Shown: positions 14,101 through 29,100 of the stretch, in pieces | Numbering within the stretch: the first letter of the stretch is position 1 | Layout: each line of letters starts with the position of its first letter | From: Trichoplax adhaerens | Lineage: Eukaryota; Animalia; Placozoa | DNA: 64,000 bases | Reading direction: 5' to 3' | NCBI RefSeq assembly: GCF_000150275.1 | Contig: NW_002060944.1 | Location: 9,574,556 to 9,638,555, forward strand | Notes under the pieces: generated by a model | What the model was told of the DNA's origin: nothing | The model's database searches: none | What the model saw: only the letters and a program-made list of their open reading frames with translations | Made by a program: the position numbers and the translations under genes

Positions 14101-17100
14101 TAGTATTCTTGTAAAATTACTTGTCAGTCCATGATTTCTAGTATCTGTTACTCTAAAAGCTTTCTTCTGTATTTGGTAGAAAACCAGTAGTAGAATCTAT
14201 TCTTATAAATCCTTTTGTGATTTAAACATTGAGTATACTTAATGGAACAAGTTTATTAAAATTTTTATACATTATTAATGTGGCACTATTGGTAAAAATA
14301 TAGAAAAAAGTACTAATTGCATGAAACATTAAAATATATCAACTTAGAGAATTGTAAATGTTATGTTTCGAAAGGTTGAGAGTTCGGTAGTAGTCGCAAT
14401 AAAGTACAAAAGAATGGTTAATGGAAGAGTAATCTTTATTGAGCTAGTATAAGACAATAATCGAGTAAGATTATCGTGCGAGTAACGACATGACTACTCG
14501 AATAACTATAGTAGTGCAGGATAGGTAAAGCGTGCAAGCTTACCGTGTAACTACCAGAACTAACTAATGAGATAGGCGAAAGAAGATAGTTTTTATAATG
14601 TTAAGAGCATAGCAGGAGGAAATTACTTATAGCCACGAATGATTCTTAATAATATGTTACTTCTATGCAAGGGTTATGCTACGGTATAATCTAGCTAGAG
14701 TCTAAGAGATTTCCACAGTTTAAATTATTAAATATAAATTAAGCATATTTAGAGTTATGTCACAGTCTAGTGGAAATTAATGTTTTACTAAAATTGGACT
14801 ATACCGTACTTAGAAGTAAACACTACTGTAAATTCTATCTTTCATTTCTTAGAGATTTGTATCAAAATAAAATTGAAACGATTGGAGATAGAATTTTCGC
14901 AACTATGCCAAAGCTAAAAAGCCTGTAAGTTATCATAAAAGAAGAGCAATTGTGTATCGACCATTTTGTCTTGAGAAAGATTGGAACATAAGTAGATAAT
15001 ATGATTTGATTATATTTTTCCTTGATTAAATACTTGTTTTATTGATATTGTCCGTTCACTCTCTTTTTCAGTCTACAAACAGATTTCTAATCAATTTGCT
15101 GGATTTTACTTAAATTTGCTGTTATAACTTTATTCACAGCAGACTTATCAATAACTCAAAAATTTTTATTTATGAACAATTCCTTATTGTTCTACGGACA
15201 AATTTCTAATCATAACCTAAAATTTTACATGAACTAGTTATACCTCAATTCATAACTTAACTAATCAATCGCTCAAGTATATTTATGTTTGGAATAATTC
15301 GTTATTCTTCATTTTTCGAATAAATTCATGCAAATGGCGAATTTAGGAAATTATATAAGAATTCACTCAGTTCTTTAACTTATCCGAGAATATTTGAGGG
15401 ATTATCAAACTTGGAAACACTGTAAGCTATTCTATTGTACATATTGAAATATAAATACTTTTAGTTTTATAATATTATATTGTAGGTATAAAATTGCTAT
15501 CAAGTGATAGTAAAAGGGGCTTAAAGTTACGGAATTATCTTTTACACTTTAAGAGACTTAGAAAGCAGCAAGATTCAAAGGATTGGTGATAGAATTTTTG
15601 CAGGCTTACAAAATTTGACAAAATTGTAGGTTTTCACGAGATACAATAATTCTGTTTTAATTCTTATTGCATAGCCTTTAAAATCTTTTCTTCTAAGATA
15701 TTATTGATGATAAGTTATGATGAAGTATTTAAATCAATCAATTGAAGATTCATAATTTTAAGTAACAATTTATTAATGATTATTCCAGATCCTTAAATGG
15801 AAATTTGTTGGACTCTATATGTTCTTCACATATATTCAAAGAGCTATACAAATTAAAATATTTGTAAGCTGCCTAGTATTATGATCTTTAAAGCGTTATA
15901 AGTGCTTACTTGGGCTTTAGAGCTTCGGCTATAATAAATCAAAAGAATTTTTCATTGCTAATTAAATTGTAACAATGCATCATAAGGTATAAGTATCTCC
16001 AGATACTTCGCATTACATCGTAATATAATGTCTTTGAATTGCATTGTAAAATATTATGGTAAACGTGAAAAGTAATCCAGTCGGCTTAAAGCTAATTTTA
16101 TCGGTGCTAGATTAGCATTATTGATACTTTCAGTCTTAAAAAGTTACGTCTTGCTGTAAATTATTATATGGACACGAAAGGACAGGCTACTCATATATGT
16201 GAACTCTAAGGGAGAGGCTAACTTATTCTGTAATACCCTAGAACCACAGACTGTGAGAGTAAATAAGTACCTAGTCGTTCGAGTATCTTGTTTTAAAAGA
16301 TGTTTAGCTAATCGGTAATATACACGTGTATTAAATAATTATCGTATGATATATGATCCTAGCATGAATGTTAACCTTACAAACTAAGTGTTGTAACAAC
16401 TGAAGTTAGATACGATAGTTAAGGATTATCTTATTTATATAATTTTTTTACATTAGATAGAATACTTATAGCAATGCAAGTGTTATTTGTATTTGTGTAT
16501 TATATCTCAGCAAAGAATACAGAATAAGAATAATATCGAAAATTGAGAAGTTTCTTTATCTTTTAGGTACTTAAATACAAATAGGATAGAAAAGATCGAC
16601 GACGCAGCATTTATGGATTTGCAGAACTTACGAATACTGTAAGTTATTGCTATTTAGGTGCGATAGAGCTCTAATTAGCCTCTATGGCATTACAATTTGA
16701 AGAAAGTCTTCTAATGAAATTAGATAATATTGATATGAAAGTTTTTAGAGTTCACCGAGTTCAAACGAATACCTATTAGTAGCTTAAATGATGCATTCAC
16801 ATTAATATCTAAATCATTATGATGTTCAAAATTAATATCGAATTTGAAAAGATTTGAAACATAATTACTTAGATTCCAAATCTATAACATTAGCAGTTTA
16901 ATGAGGAACTGCTAAATATAGCTATCTGTTTGAAGATTCCGTTTTAGTTCGTTAGTCGGTTAGATAGTCAACTAGTTTTTCAATTGATATTTAATTGTAA
17001 AGACTATAATCTTGGGTGCCAAGATTCCTTCAGTAATAAATGATAGTAAATCTCTGACTATCTCGTCTGCATTAACTGTGACGCTATAATTATACCATAG

Positions 17101-20100
17101 TATTCGGTCGTTGGAACTGAATTATTTGGTGATATAGCTAATCTCGCCTCTTTAAGTTAGTAAGTGGCGTTCTCCGCAAGGGTTGGCGTGTGTAGACTAC
17201 TTTGTCACTAGTGGTGTGTGACTCTGTTTTATCAACTATTCAATAATTGCAATGTTATTACTATATTAGCGTATAGACGGTTCTGATATTATATTACAGA
17301 CTGTGCAACTAATCTTAGCTAAAATTAAGCGAATATAAGAAATAAAATGAGCTAATTTTACTGCAGTATCATGAGACGATACTATCTAGGATGCTTATCA
17401 TTTCTAGAAATTCCGTATAAAATCTTTAAATATATTCAAGCTTTTATGCAATATGAAAGCGTAACGATTGAAAGTTATATTTATTTAAATCTGTAAAGAT
17501 CTACAAGTTATTTCGTAGTATTGTAGATAACAACAAAATTAAGACGCTTATCTTTATCAGTAAAGCATTTTCCAATACTGTACTCCTTATACCACTAAAA
17601 TGAATTTACTAGTATACTCTAATTGGACTAAAACAGTTTATTAAAACACATAATTGCTGACAGAATGATGCTCATCATTCGGTTATCACACGGTGTTTAA
17701 TAGTACAATAACAATCTTAACTCTGATTCTTTCTGTATCGATTTCGTATCATTTGAAAATGACTTGAAATAAATTTCTTTTAGCGGACTGAAAGACAATA
17801 AGATAGAAAGAATTTCAGATAGAGTTTTCTCGAAATTACATCTTTTAGAGTGGCTGTAAGTTACCTACGAATTCCCAAAGAATACTTAATTAATAATATA
17901 TACTTGGTTCTTTTGAAATTGACGAAATTACCTCGTATTCATCCGTAGTAGATGACTGATTCAAATATTTTTGTATCATTTTATTTTACAGTTCGTTGGA
18001 AAAGAATTTATTAAATGATTTAACTTCTCCCAAAATATTTGAAGGATTGTCGAACTTGGAATATTTGTAAGCTATGCAATCGAATACTACAAATAAAAAT
18101 TGACAAATGAACAGTGCAGTAGTATTTAAAATCCATTTAGATATAAATTAATAATAAATATGCTTACTGCACCTACTGCATTTCGTTGACAATTGCATAA
18201 AAATTATACATGAAAACAGTATCAATTGAATGATTGAAGATGAAAATTAAACGTAGCAGGAAATTGATATACGACTGATTATTTGCATAGGTATTTAGAA
18301 AGTAATAGATTGGTAAAAATAGAAGATGGAGTTTTTGCGAGCTTGCCTAGATTAGCTAAACTGTAAGTTTTCGTGGAATACTGTAAACTTACCTACTTTA
18401 TTCTATCTAATTTCTTGTAAATGATAGTTGAGAAAACTATACTTTGAAAGCATGACCTTATAATAGTCATTTTTAAGTGACTTGCAGCTATATTTTGTTA
18501 AAAGATCTTCTAAGACTTAGTTTTCTTACTAATAACTTATACAGGGTGATGTACGAAAATTTATTGAGCTCTTTATCAGCAGGAATGTTTCAAGGATTAT
18601 CTAGCTTGACAAATTTGTAAGCTAAATAGAGATATTTAGCTAATGCATAAACTCTTTGACTATATTTTTTATTATAAATAGATTCCATATGCTAATGATA
18701 AGTTCTAGATTATTCCATTTTACAATTATTTTCTCTAACTTAGTTGAATATTATTCACTATATGATATTTAATGTAATTTAGCCTAAATACGTATGTTAT
18801 GCGCTATAACTGAGAAATCATACTAAGTGAGGGTATCTCGTGGTTTAGTGGAGTATTCCATGACAAAGTAAAAATAGGATAGTTAGACAACATATAAATT
18901 CCAAGAGGCTTAATTATTACACAACTTATAGCGATAAAATAAATAAGAACACTTTCTTCAATACATTAGAGACATAGAAAAAAATAACATAGAAAAAATT
19001 GAGGATGGGGCTTTTGCAGACTTAAATCAATTAGAAACGCTGTAAGTTTTCATAAGACAACATTCTCATTCGATCATCGCTCTGTTGTAATGTAATATTT
19101 CTATTTAAATATATGAGATAGTAAATTGCGTAATTTAAATTGCTTTTGGTTCTTCTGAAAATATCATAGGATTTGAACACTGTTATTTAGTTGTATACTA
19201 CTTTTACAGGAGCTTAAGTGAAAATTTATTGAATACTTTAACTTCTAAAAGAACTTTCGAAGGATTAATAAATTTGGAAAATCTGTAAGTAACGAAAACT
19301 ACTGATAATTATTTGTGATAATCATTAGATTAGACTGTTAAAGGTTGATGCCGAATAAGCTATTGATATGGATGGACAATTTAACTATTAATTATTAGTA
19401 AACTTAACGGTTCACATTTTATCAGACTACTCGTATGATAAAGTGGATATCATATACGGTATATGTATTGCTATGGAGAGCTAAATTGTAATTTCGAATA
19501 TTGCTTGCAAAATCGATTATATGAACAGCATGAATTGTATTTTAGCATTTCCATGCTATAATTACTACTATTTCACATTGCTTTTATTATTTAAATATAG
19601 TAATACCATTTTTTGTATCATACTATTAATCACTTAATTATTATTTACTGTAATATAAGTCTTGCTGATAACATCTTCAATGAGATATTTTGTGTATTAA
19701 TAAAAGTATGATACAATTCCGAGGTTAAACAGCATAGATGTAGTTATAGTTCTGGAACAATAGCTTGATCGTTTGATTAGATATAAGAAAGAATATAACA
19801 AAAAAATTTTGTGCTTTTAATGCAATGACTGGGTTTAATCATTTTTTATTCTATTTGATTGCTTCAGACACCTAAGAAATAATAGAATATCTTTAATTGT
19901 AAATGGGGTTTTCGAACCACTTAGCAAATTATCAAACTTGTAAGTTTTAATAAATCAAATGCATTGATTTAAAGCTCTATTTAATCGGCTTTTTTGTGAG
20001 TTTTATTTCTAATTTTACTACCATAAGGTATTGTACATTATTACGATATTATAATCATTAACCTAAGCAGTTACAATTTACACTACAATATTGCTGTAGT

Positions 20101-23100
20101 GATATAAATATCAAATCGTAAATTTAAATGCAATATTAGTAACTATAGTTAAAGCTCTTGCCCAGTACGTCCTGTTTAGTATTAGGTAACTAATTGACAT
20201 CATTAACCACACATAGGATATCATAATAAGCTACTAGGCACAGCTATAGAACAGATAATAATAATAATAATATACTAACTATATGATTACGAAAATAATA
20301 TTTCTAATAATATAATAATACTTATGCACAAGACAGATTTCCATAGCTTCATTAATAAAAATAGTTAAACAGGCTAACTACATGCTCAAACGATACCTGC
20401 TTCAGTTGCTTTTATACACTACATATATTACGAATCAAATAGAATACTGACTAATCCCAACCGGCACCATGTTAGCTAATAGATACGGATAATTGGACAA
20501 TTTATGTTTTAAGATGTTTCGTAATATTCTCAACTATCAAAAATGATTTATCCGTATGAATGGCTATTTAGGAATTTTCATGAAACATTAAAATGTTTTT
20601 TTATTAGACTTAATAAAGTAAAAAGGTCAAAATATACTTATACGCTGATATTTTTTCGTTTATACTCCATAATTTATTAATCTGCGATTATAAAGTATAG
20701 ATAGTTTGGTTATTTGATGATTAGAAATATAAAATCTTCTTTAAATCTAATACATTCTATTTGATATCATTGATTTATTTATAGACAATTATCCAAAAAC
20801 GAAATTCATAACCTGCGAAATATTAGCTTTATGGGTCTTAATCGGTTAACCACTTTGTAAGCTTGATTTATAAACATCTATAAAGGACTAGCAGATTAAA
20901 ATTTTCGTTTTGACTGACTCCATTCTGTTTTAGTTCGAATAAAGCTGTAAATATATTTAAATTGTTAGGTCACTATCGCGAAACAGAATAGCTGCAATAC
21001 CCAGCGGAGTATTTAGAAATATTCCTAAATTAAGGACTATGTACGACGTTTAATTGGCTTCAATAGCTAACTTTATATCAGCAGCTACAATACACTTGTA
21101 TCATTAATTTGCAATAGCTGCTTAAATTTTATAATACTTCAAATATGTAGGTATTAATTAATCGATTCTATGTATTGTATTCAGACGCTTATACGCAAAT
21201 TTAATTGAAAGCGTTAGCCAAGGGGTATGGGATGGTCTACAATACTTGCACGATATGTAAGTAAATGTACCTTGAGAATTTTTATAGTAGGATCGGATAT
21301 GAAGACACAACCTAGGGTTTTATCCTAACTTATTCAAAGGCTATAAAACTAGAAATATTTTCTAAGTTTAATTATTGTAGAGAATACTATAATTTTCCGA
21401 TATTCGTATAAAAAATTGTTATCACTTTGGAAAATGAGAATTGTAGTAATACTCGTATGTACATGCCTTCACGTCAACATTGCATGTTGATCAAGTTTTT
21501 TTATTAATTTGTGTAGTTATTATATATCCAATCGATATTGATGAATGCTTAGTAATGGAGCATTTCTAGAGTGTACAGTTTCTAATAATTATGGCTATCA
21601 AAAACTTAGCTTTCCTGGTAGTCTTTTTCATTAAAATAACTAAGAGCATCGGTTTCATACTTAAAAAAATAATAGAGAAATTCAAATCTAAATCTTTTTC
21701 CGGTTACACAGAGATTTAGCTAATAATATTATCAAAAATATCAGCGAAACGTACATTTCCAAAGTTAAAACAACAAAATCCATGTAAGTCTGCTTTCAAT
21801 TATTGTACTTTATATAAATTCATGTTACAGTGTTTATAATTACGTGAAAATGGTAGTAAGCTAGGAACTAACGACGTTCCTGATATACGAGACTTTGCAT
21901 TTTCCGAAATGTCTGAGGTTCACACTCTGTGAGTTTATAATTTTAATTTCTTAAATACGGAAATTGAACCGAAATGACAAATTTCTTAATTTATTGATTG
22001 ATTGCCTGATGAAATTTATTTCAAACTCGTTGCTGTTTTCGATAGTGAACTGTATGGAAACAACCTAAAAGTTATCCGAACCTACTCTTTTCATGGATTA
22101 CAAAGATTACAGGGCTTGTAATGCAGTCAATTTTATTATATATCAATTTATTAAATTCAACTAATTTTTTCTTAAATGAGCAGTACTGCTAGGAGATTTC
22201 TTTAAATTATAGCTGCAAATATATTTTTTTAGAAATATATATAAAGATAAAATATATGATTTCTTCTACATTAGGTACCTTTTCGATAATGAGATTTCAC
22301 TCATAAAACCAGGATCATTTGCTAACCTAAACAATCTAAGATTTATGTAAGTAACGTACTTAGTAACTTCATGTTAGCATAAAATACGAGCAAGATATTT
22401 AATTAATATTAGCCGGTACATAACTTACTATTTTTACATTCGACTAAATTCGAATGGTTTCAAATGCATGCATTTATTTATACATACGTTGCTTTTCATG
22501 GATATGTAGTAATATTATTCTCAACGTTGTAGTGTAGAACAATAAATTGAGATTTCTTTAGCTAATATTTTCTATAATACCTGAGACTATTATTGTGTCA
22601 ATACCTCGTGATAGGACATATCGTAATCTGATTATTCTGTATTAGTCATCAGATGTCTATGTTCGTAAATAATGTTGTCTGTATTAAGGAGCAGTAGCTA
22701 AAACTAATCTCTTATTCAGTGAACAATTCCAAAGTTAATCGTACTAACTATGACTCATAAACTATTAAGAGTATATAAATGCAGTATATCGTGTAATAAA
22801 GTGGATTCTTAAACTTAGTGTTTAACGTAAAATACGACTGATCTAAGTCTTTAAGTGGTCTGTTAGTAGAGTAAAAGTGTTTCTGATAGTGTAGATATCG
22901 TTCCTTGATACGTAGATCAAGGAATTGACTTATTGATCGTTGTCACAAATCAACTTCGTGACAAGTATAACGTAAAACAAATCTCTAAATTACTATAGTC
23001 TCCGGGATTCAGTATCCCTACTTACAAGAATTTAGACGCCTTTGATTCTACGTTAAAACAACTATACAATTGAGAACTGCTTTATTCAACTATCTGACGG

Positions 23101-26100
23101 GTTTATATACCCTTCTACAGCAGCTAACATTCACAAGTCATCTTATAATAATACTTGGGTGAGAACATCTTCTAACTAGTTTTTCACAGTCGGACTACAA
23201 TAGTCCATTCACAGAATCATTTCAGCACACATTACAGCACAGCAATAAATTTACTGTAACACATTTATAATTAGAGTAATTCCTATTGTAAGTAACTAGT
23301 TGTATATAATATCACTATACTATATTAACCAAATTTAGATAGCTATTTCTTCACGGTAGTTCGTACCGTGACAATCGTACATTACGTTATCTTGCTGCAA
23401 AGCTGTTTGTGACAATACCATAATCATATATGCTGTATAGATAATCTCAATTTATTACCAAAGTATCTATGCACTTATGTTAGACAGATCTTGTTATGCA
23501 ATTCAAGCTAAATTTTAGCTAAACATAATTTGACTACAATATTGGTACAAAGCGTACAGAAAAAACCTACAGTACAGTGTAATTACAGTATATATTTATA
23601 CCTTAATGTTATTGTACTATTCGATAAGGCCGTTATCAAAGTTAATAATTTTTTGATATCAATTTACGATGCAATGAAGATTAAGGCAGATACTAATAGT
23701 ACCCACAAACGAAAAGATTACAACTAAAGAAATAATATTTTGTCATCCTATGTATAATAGTGATATATCCCGAAATAAACTGCTCTCTATCAGTAATCGT
23801 ATCTTTAGCAACTTGCCATTATTGTCAGAGCTGTAAGTCTCATTTTATGACGTGGAATGCGCTTCATGTGGAAGTATTTATTGATAGGTCAAATTTGTTC
23901 AAATTTCAACATTTTAGATTAATTCCCGATAATTATATTGGCCATATTAGCTCAGCAGCTTTTGTCGGATCTCCGTTACTAAGCAGAATGTAAGAAAAAA
24001 TTTACAATTACACAAATTTTATTAAATTTTAGAAGAACTTTAGAAAGATTCTGATATGAAATTTTCCATGAAATTTTTTGAAGAGAATTATCAGGGAATG
24101 GAGTTGCACAAGTTTCTGACACCACATTTTCTTATGTTGCCAATTTAAAGAAGTTGTTAGTAATGAAACAGTTTAAAGTATTATAGATCGTAATAATTGT
24201 AATTAATATTTTGGAGTATTGATTACATAAGTTTTTGTATGTTTTCATATCCAGGGAGATTAGAGTTTGCTCTTTTAATAAAATTGGAACATACTTATTC
24301 TTAAACAACACTAAAATAGAATCTTTGTAAGTGGAAAATAATAATTTGAGAAATATTAATTTTTCTAGATCATGCATTAATTACAGATCTTATTATCATG
24401 AAAATGAAATCTAAAATTATGAAATGATTTATTATTCTTAAGAGATCTTAGTAGCTGCAAAATTACAGTGTTGTTCTCTGGTGCTTTTTCTAACTGTGAT
24501 ATTATGAAAATAATGTAAGACCACATTTTCTTAATTCTAAAAATATAAATTTAAATGGTATATATCGTAAATTATCATGAATTGGCAATAATATTATCAG
24601 TCTTACTTTAAGAATTAAAAAAATTCAGTCAATTAAAGTTACAAAAAACTACATGCTTCTATCCTAGCTATCGAATAATACCCATATTTAGGCAAAAACA
24701 ATTAGAAATTGCAAAAAACTTAAAAATATTAAAGCAATATCCATGTTATGATATATAGCTAATTTACTGTTAGAATTTTGAAGTATTAAGATTATTTTCT
24801 ATCTGTTAAATCACAGAAATTTGTCTTCTACCTTCATACGCGTCTTGCCACCCTATATATTTGGTTCCCAAAAGCAAATGACTTTGGAAAGACTGTAAGT
24901 ATGTCATTTTTTAAATTTCAGCGATTGCGAAAAATCACGTAACAAATTCATAAAGGCAGCGCAACAAAGATTTATCGTATTTTTATTTCTGACTTACATG
25001 AATCCATGCATACTTTACGATCATATTGAAAAAATTGCTTAGAAAATAGCTATTTTGAATCGGTTGTATTCTCTTGAGATATTCTAGTACCACAATAAAA
25101 TACAAGCGACTAAATATAAAACTATTCATGATCTAGGTATTTCAATGGCAGCTTGATAGATACCATAGACGAAATGGCCTTTTACGGACTTTATAGTTTG
25201 AAAATTCTGTAATTTTAAGTTCTATCGTAGTAACTTTGAAATTCTTAATCATTCATTCATTGAAATAACCAATATTTCAAAAATATCTTATGAACTAATG
25301 TATTTTAACAATATATTTTAGAAAATTAAATTCAAATAACATCCGATATTTGAATTTCAACACCTTTGAATCTCTTATTAGCTTGGACGAATTGTAAGTA
25401 AAAAATTGCCTAATGTTCATCATAAAAAATAAGAGCTATAACGACTTTATCCTAGATTGTTCTACTTTTAATGATCAACAATAACCGATTAAATTTTCAT
25501 CATTGAAATCAGATTTAATCAAAAACTAACATGCTCAATATCATACAATTAACTGATTAGCATATTAGCTGCTGCTTTCTAATAAAAGTCACTAATAAAA
25601 AGTTATATATATATATGTAAATTGCTACTGCAACTTATGAGTAGTTGCTTCACGCCAGTATTGCGCTGAAATAATTATAACTATAAGAATTTAATATCGA
25701 TTTCAGCTAAGACGATAAAGCTATAAATACCCGTTAAAAATAAATACATTCATACGATATTGCAGTACCTCTCTGTTTTACTATATTTTAAGTGAGTCTA
25801 GGTTCATTTATTATGCAATATTCTACATGAAATAAAATTTAGACATAAATTGTATACTCTAACATCAGAAAAATCACCTTATAATAGTAGCTTGTGAAAG
25901 TGGCTGTATTACAGTGAATCACAAATTTTAAATCATGATGAGAACTATTCCATTTATAAGTCAGCATTCCATTCCTATGGATATGTTGCCATTAACTGTT
26001 GACTAATGTATCACACTGTGCAAGTCATTGTAAAATTAGATGCGATAATTTAAGAAGCCAATATTAAATCATTTATCTCATAGATAATATTAATAATTCT

Positions 26101-29100
26101 AGAAATCTTAATCAAAACAAGATTAAATATTTGGAAAACTATGGGTTCAATCATCTTGTGTCTCTGAAAAAGCTGTAAGTAGCGATTCTTCGCCTCATTA
26201 TGCTTACAGAAAGCTTTAGTGAAGTACCGTTCTTACTTTGATATCAAATTATTTGCAAATATTTGTTGTACTGTCTAAAATCAGTTATAATAAGATCACA
26301 ATAACGGGGAGAGAATGTAAATACATTCTCTATCACACTAGTGCGGCCTTTTTAATAATATTATGGTAAAGAATTGATTATTGAAACTACTATATCATAA
26401 ATAAGAAAATGTAGAAAATATTGATTGCTTGATTGCTTCTATTTCAATATAGGTACTTAACTTCTAATGAAATCGATGGAATTGATGAAGAAGCATTTAC
26501 TGGCTTGGATGCACTAACTAATTTGTATGAACGCCATAAACAAACCCAAAGTGAATTATATTTATTTGGATTCACACGAGAGGAAATTGATTTTACTTGA
26601 TATAATTTAGAACTTAGTAATAATAAATTCGATCTTTGTATGCAAATGCTAAATTTGGAATATTTAATTTTTTAAATGCTGGGTAGACACATCAATAATA
26701 ACTATCTCACCTCCCTAAATCGGACTATCTTTCATAGACTATTAAGTTTAACATACTTGTAGGTATTAAATCTGATATTGTAAGTTTGGACATGACAGCT
26801 TATGAATTTACTTCGTTTTTGATAGCGTATTGTTTAAATGAACATAATCAATGCATTAAATTGAAAAAATACCTTTAAAATAAAGGAGCTGAATGTATTT
26901 ATTGGAAACGACATTAGATATTTATTTACTTTCGCTTATCACTAATTTGTATTTTTGATGGATCAATATATTGTAGATTAATGGATGAGAACCAATTAAA
27001 AGTAATTCAGGATTTTCAATTTGCTAATTTATCGACATTAGAATTTCTGTGAGTTTTTATTGTACTATTCAACCATGCAATACAAAAGATGGTCATAGGA
27101 AAACAGTTTTGTTCATCTAACATTATTTTTTGTAAACATTAGGTATTTAAGATCTAACAGAATCGAATTTATCCAACCTGATGCCTTTTACGGCTTGAAT
27201 AATATGAAAGAAATGTGAGAAATTAGACAAGCTTTTAAATAGATTTACCGACGTTGAAACTGAATTACGATTTAATTCTTCTATTGACTTTTATTACCCT
27301 AGACGGCTCGATGGAAATCTTCTATATCAAGTAGCTGATCTACCTTTGGGTATCTTTAAAATTCTTCAGCATGTGTAAGAAGTTATGGAATTACAGCCAT
27401 TAATGTATTAATTATATTAATCGAACAAATTAGCAAAATCATATAATACACATAATTCTATTATCACAACTTATATCATCGTCAATTTGCTAGTGGATTA
27501 TCAAAAAATAAAATGCGACGGCTCAGCATGGCATGCTTATCTAATATTACATATGATATTTACAAAATGTAAGTCAGTACGATCTCGTAATGTCAATCAC
27601 GACTAGCATTAGATCGGAATGCTATGATTTTAATTATGCACTGTATAGCACGCTAAGAAAATTTTATAAACAGCCCTAATTACAATAGGAATGCTTGTTA
27701 TCCAAAAGTAAGAACATTTAATATCTGTATCTATCATTCTTGGAATTAGAGATTTATCAAACAATCTATTGGAAGAGTTCCAAATTCCTAGATGCTTTCA
27801 ATGCCTGCGACATATGTAATTTTATGACTATTTATATATTATAAATCAGTTTAATTCCTCTTAAACTAATTAAATTTGATGTATTATTATCGACCGATGA
27901 ATACCTATACTTAGCTGATTTACCTGATTATCGAATATTACTTAGGCGCTACGCAGAAATTTAACTGAAGTAATCTCTTTTTTAGTAATATCTTTAATAA
28001 CAGGTTTGCCAGTGATAAAAGTTTATCGTTCCGCAACATTGACTGCGTTTCATCTATGTAAGTCGATTAGATATAATCGAAATCAATGGTAATAATGGTT
28101 TTTTATGCAAATATGTATATTGACAGGTTCATTATACGCATAAATAGCAATTGGTGTTTGAAAGCAAATCATTAATTTCCTTGTTCAGCGTTTCATTTAC
28201 AGTCACAGTTATAATATGTAAAAAATAGATATTAGCAGTGTATTGACATCATCATAACAAACAAAGTGTTGATTTACCTTAACGTTAGGATATTGTAATA
28301 GTGCAGTAGTAGCTTATATGAATAATATCCATATTTGTAGTGCTATGTAAGATAAGTAATGCTATTACGTGAATATTATTTTTGATATTTTATTAAATAT
28401 TTAATATTGATTGTGATTATGTTTAGATAGTAGTAAGATGATTCTAGTTCTAGCTAATGATTATTGAATTAGACAACATACATGCTTAGGTTAGGATTAG
28501 GCATGAGTAAGAGATTAAAATATTTACTGATAGAAAAGCTATATAAGGAGCATCTCAGTTGGAGATGTCTCTCCTAGCTGGGTATAATAATAATACTGTT
28601 GTTGTTTACAAATAAGACGGTTCCTATATAAACCGGAACGTTTGCCTTGAATTCTGTGATAAAAAGTTGTAGATGTGTCTATGCTAATAAAAGTTTTTTT
28701 TAAGGTACTTCGCTCTGAGTGTTTAACGTTTAGTAAAAGGGCGTTTAAGTCAGTAGTTAATTATAGACTTTTATTGTATATTTCCTTGTTGCAGAGTTGA
28801 AATTGTGACAGCGTTTAATTTAAAAACTATAGCCATGGCCTAGAGTACCAGACTTTTGTCATCTCATTTCTTGATAATACGTTTATAAAATCTATTTCGA
28901 TATATTGATCTTGACATTAATGAGAATAAACAGTGCATAGTTAAATAGTACATAACATAATCCTAATTAATTTATAGTAAGTTCAATACGAGATTTTTCT
29001 TTTACTCTCATGCCAATGCAACTAGCTTTATATTCAATTAAAATTTTTAATTTAATCCTCAGTTAAACGTTGCTTTTATATTGCAGCGACATCAGCCAAA

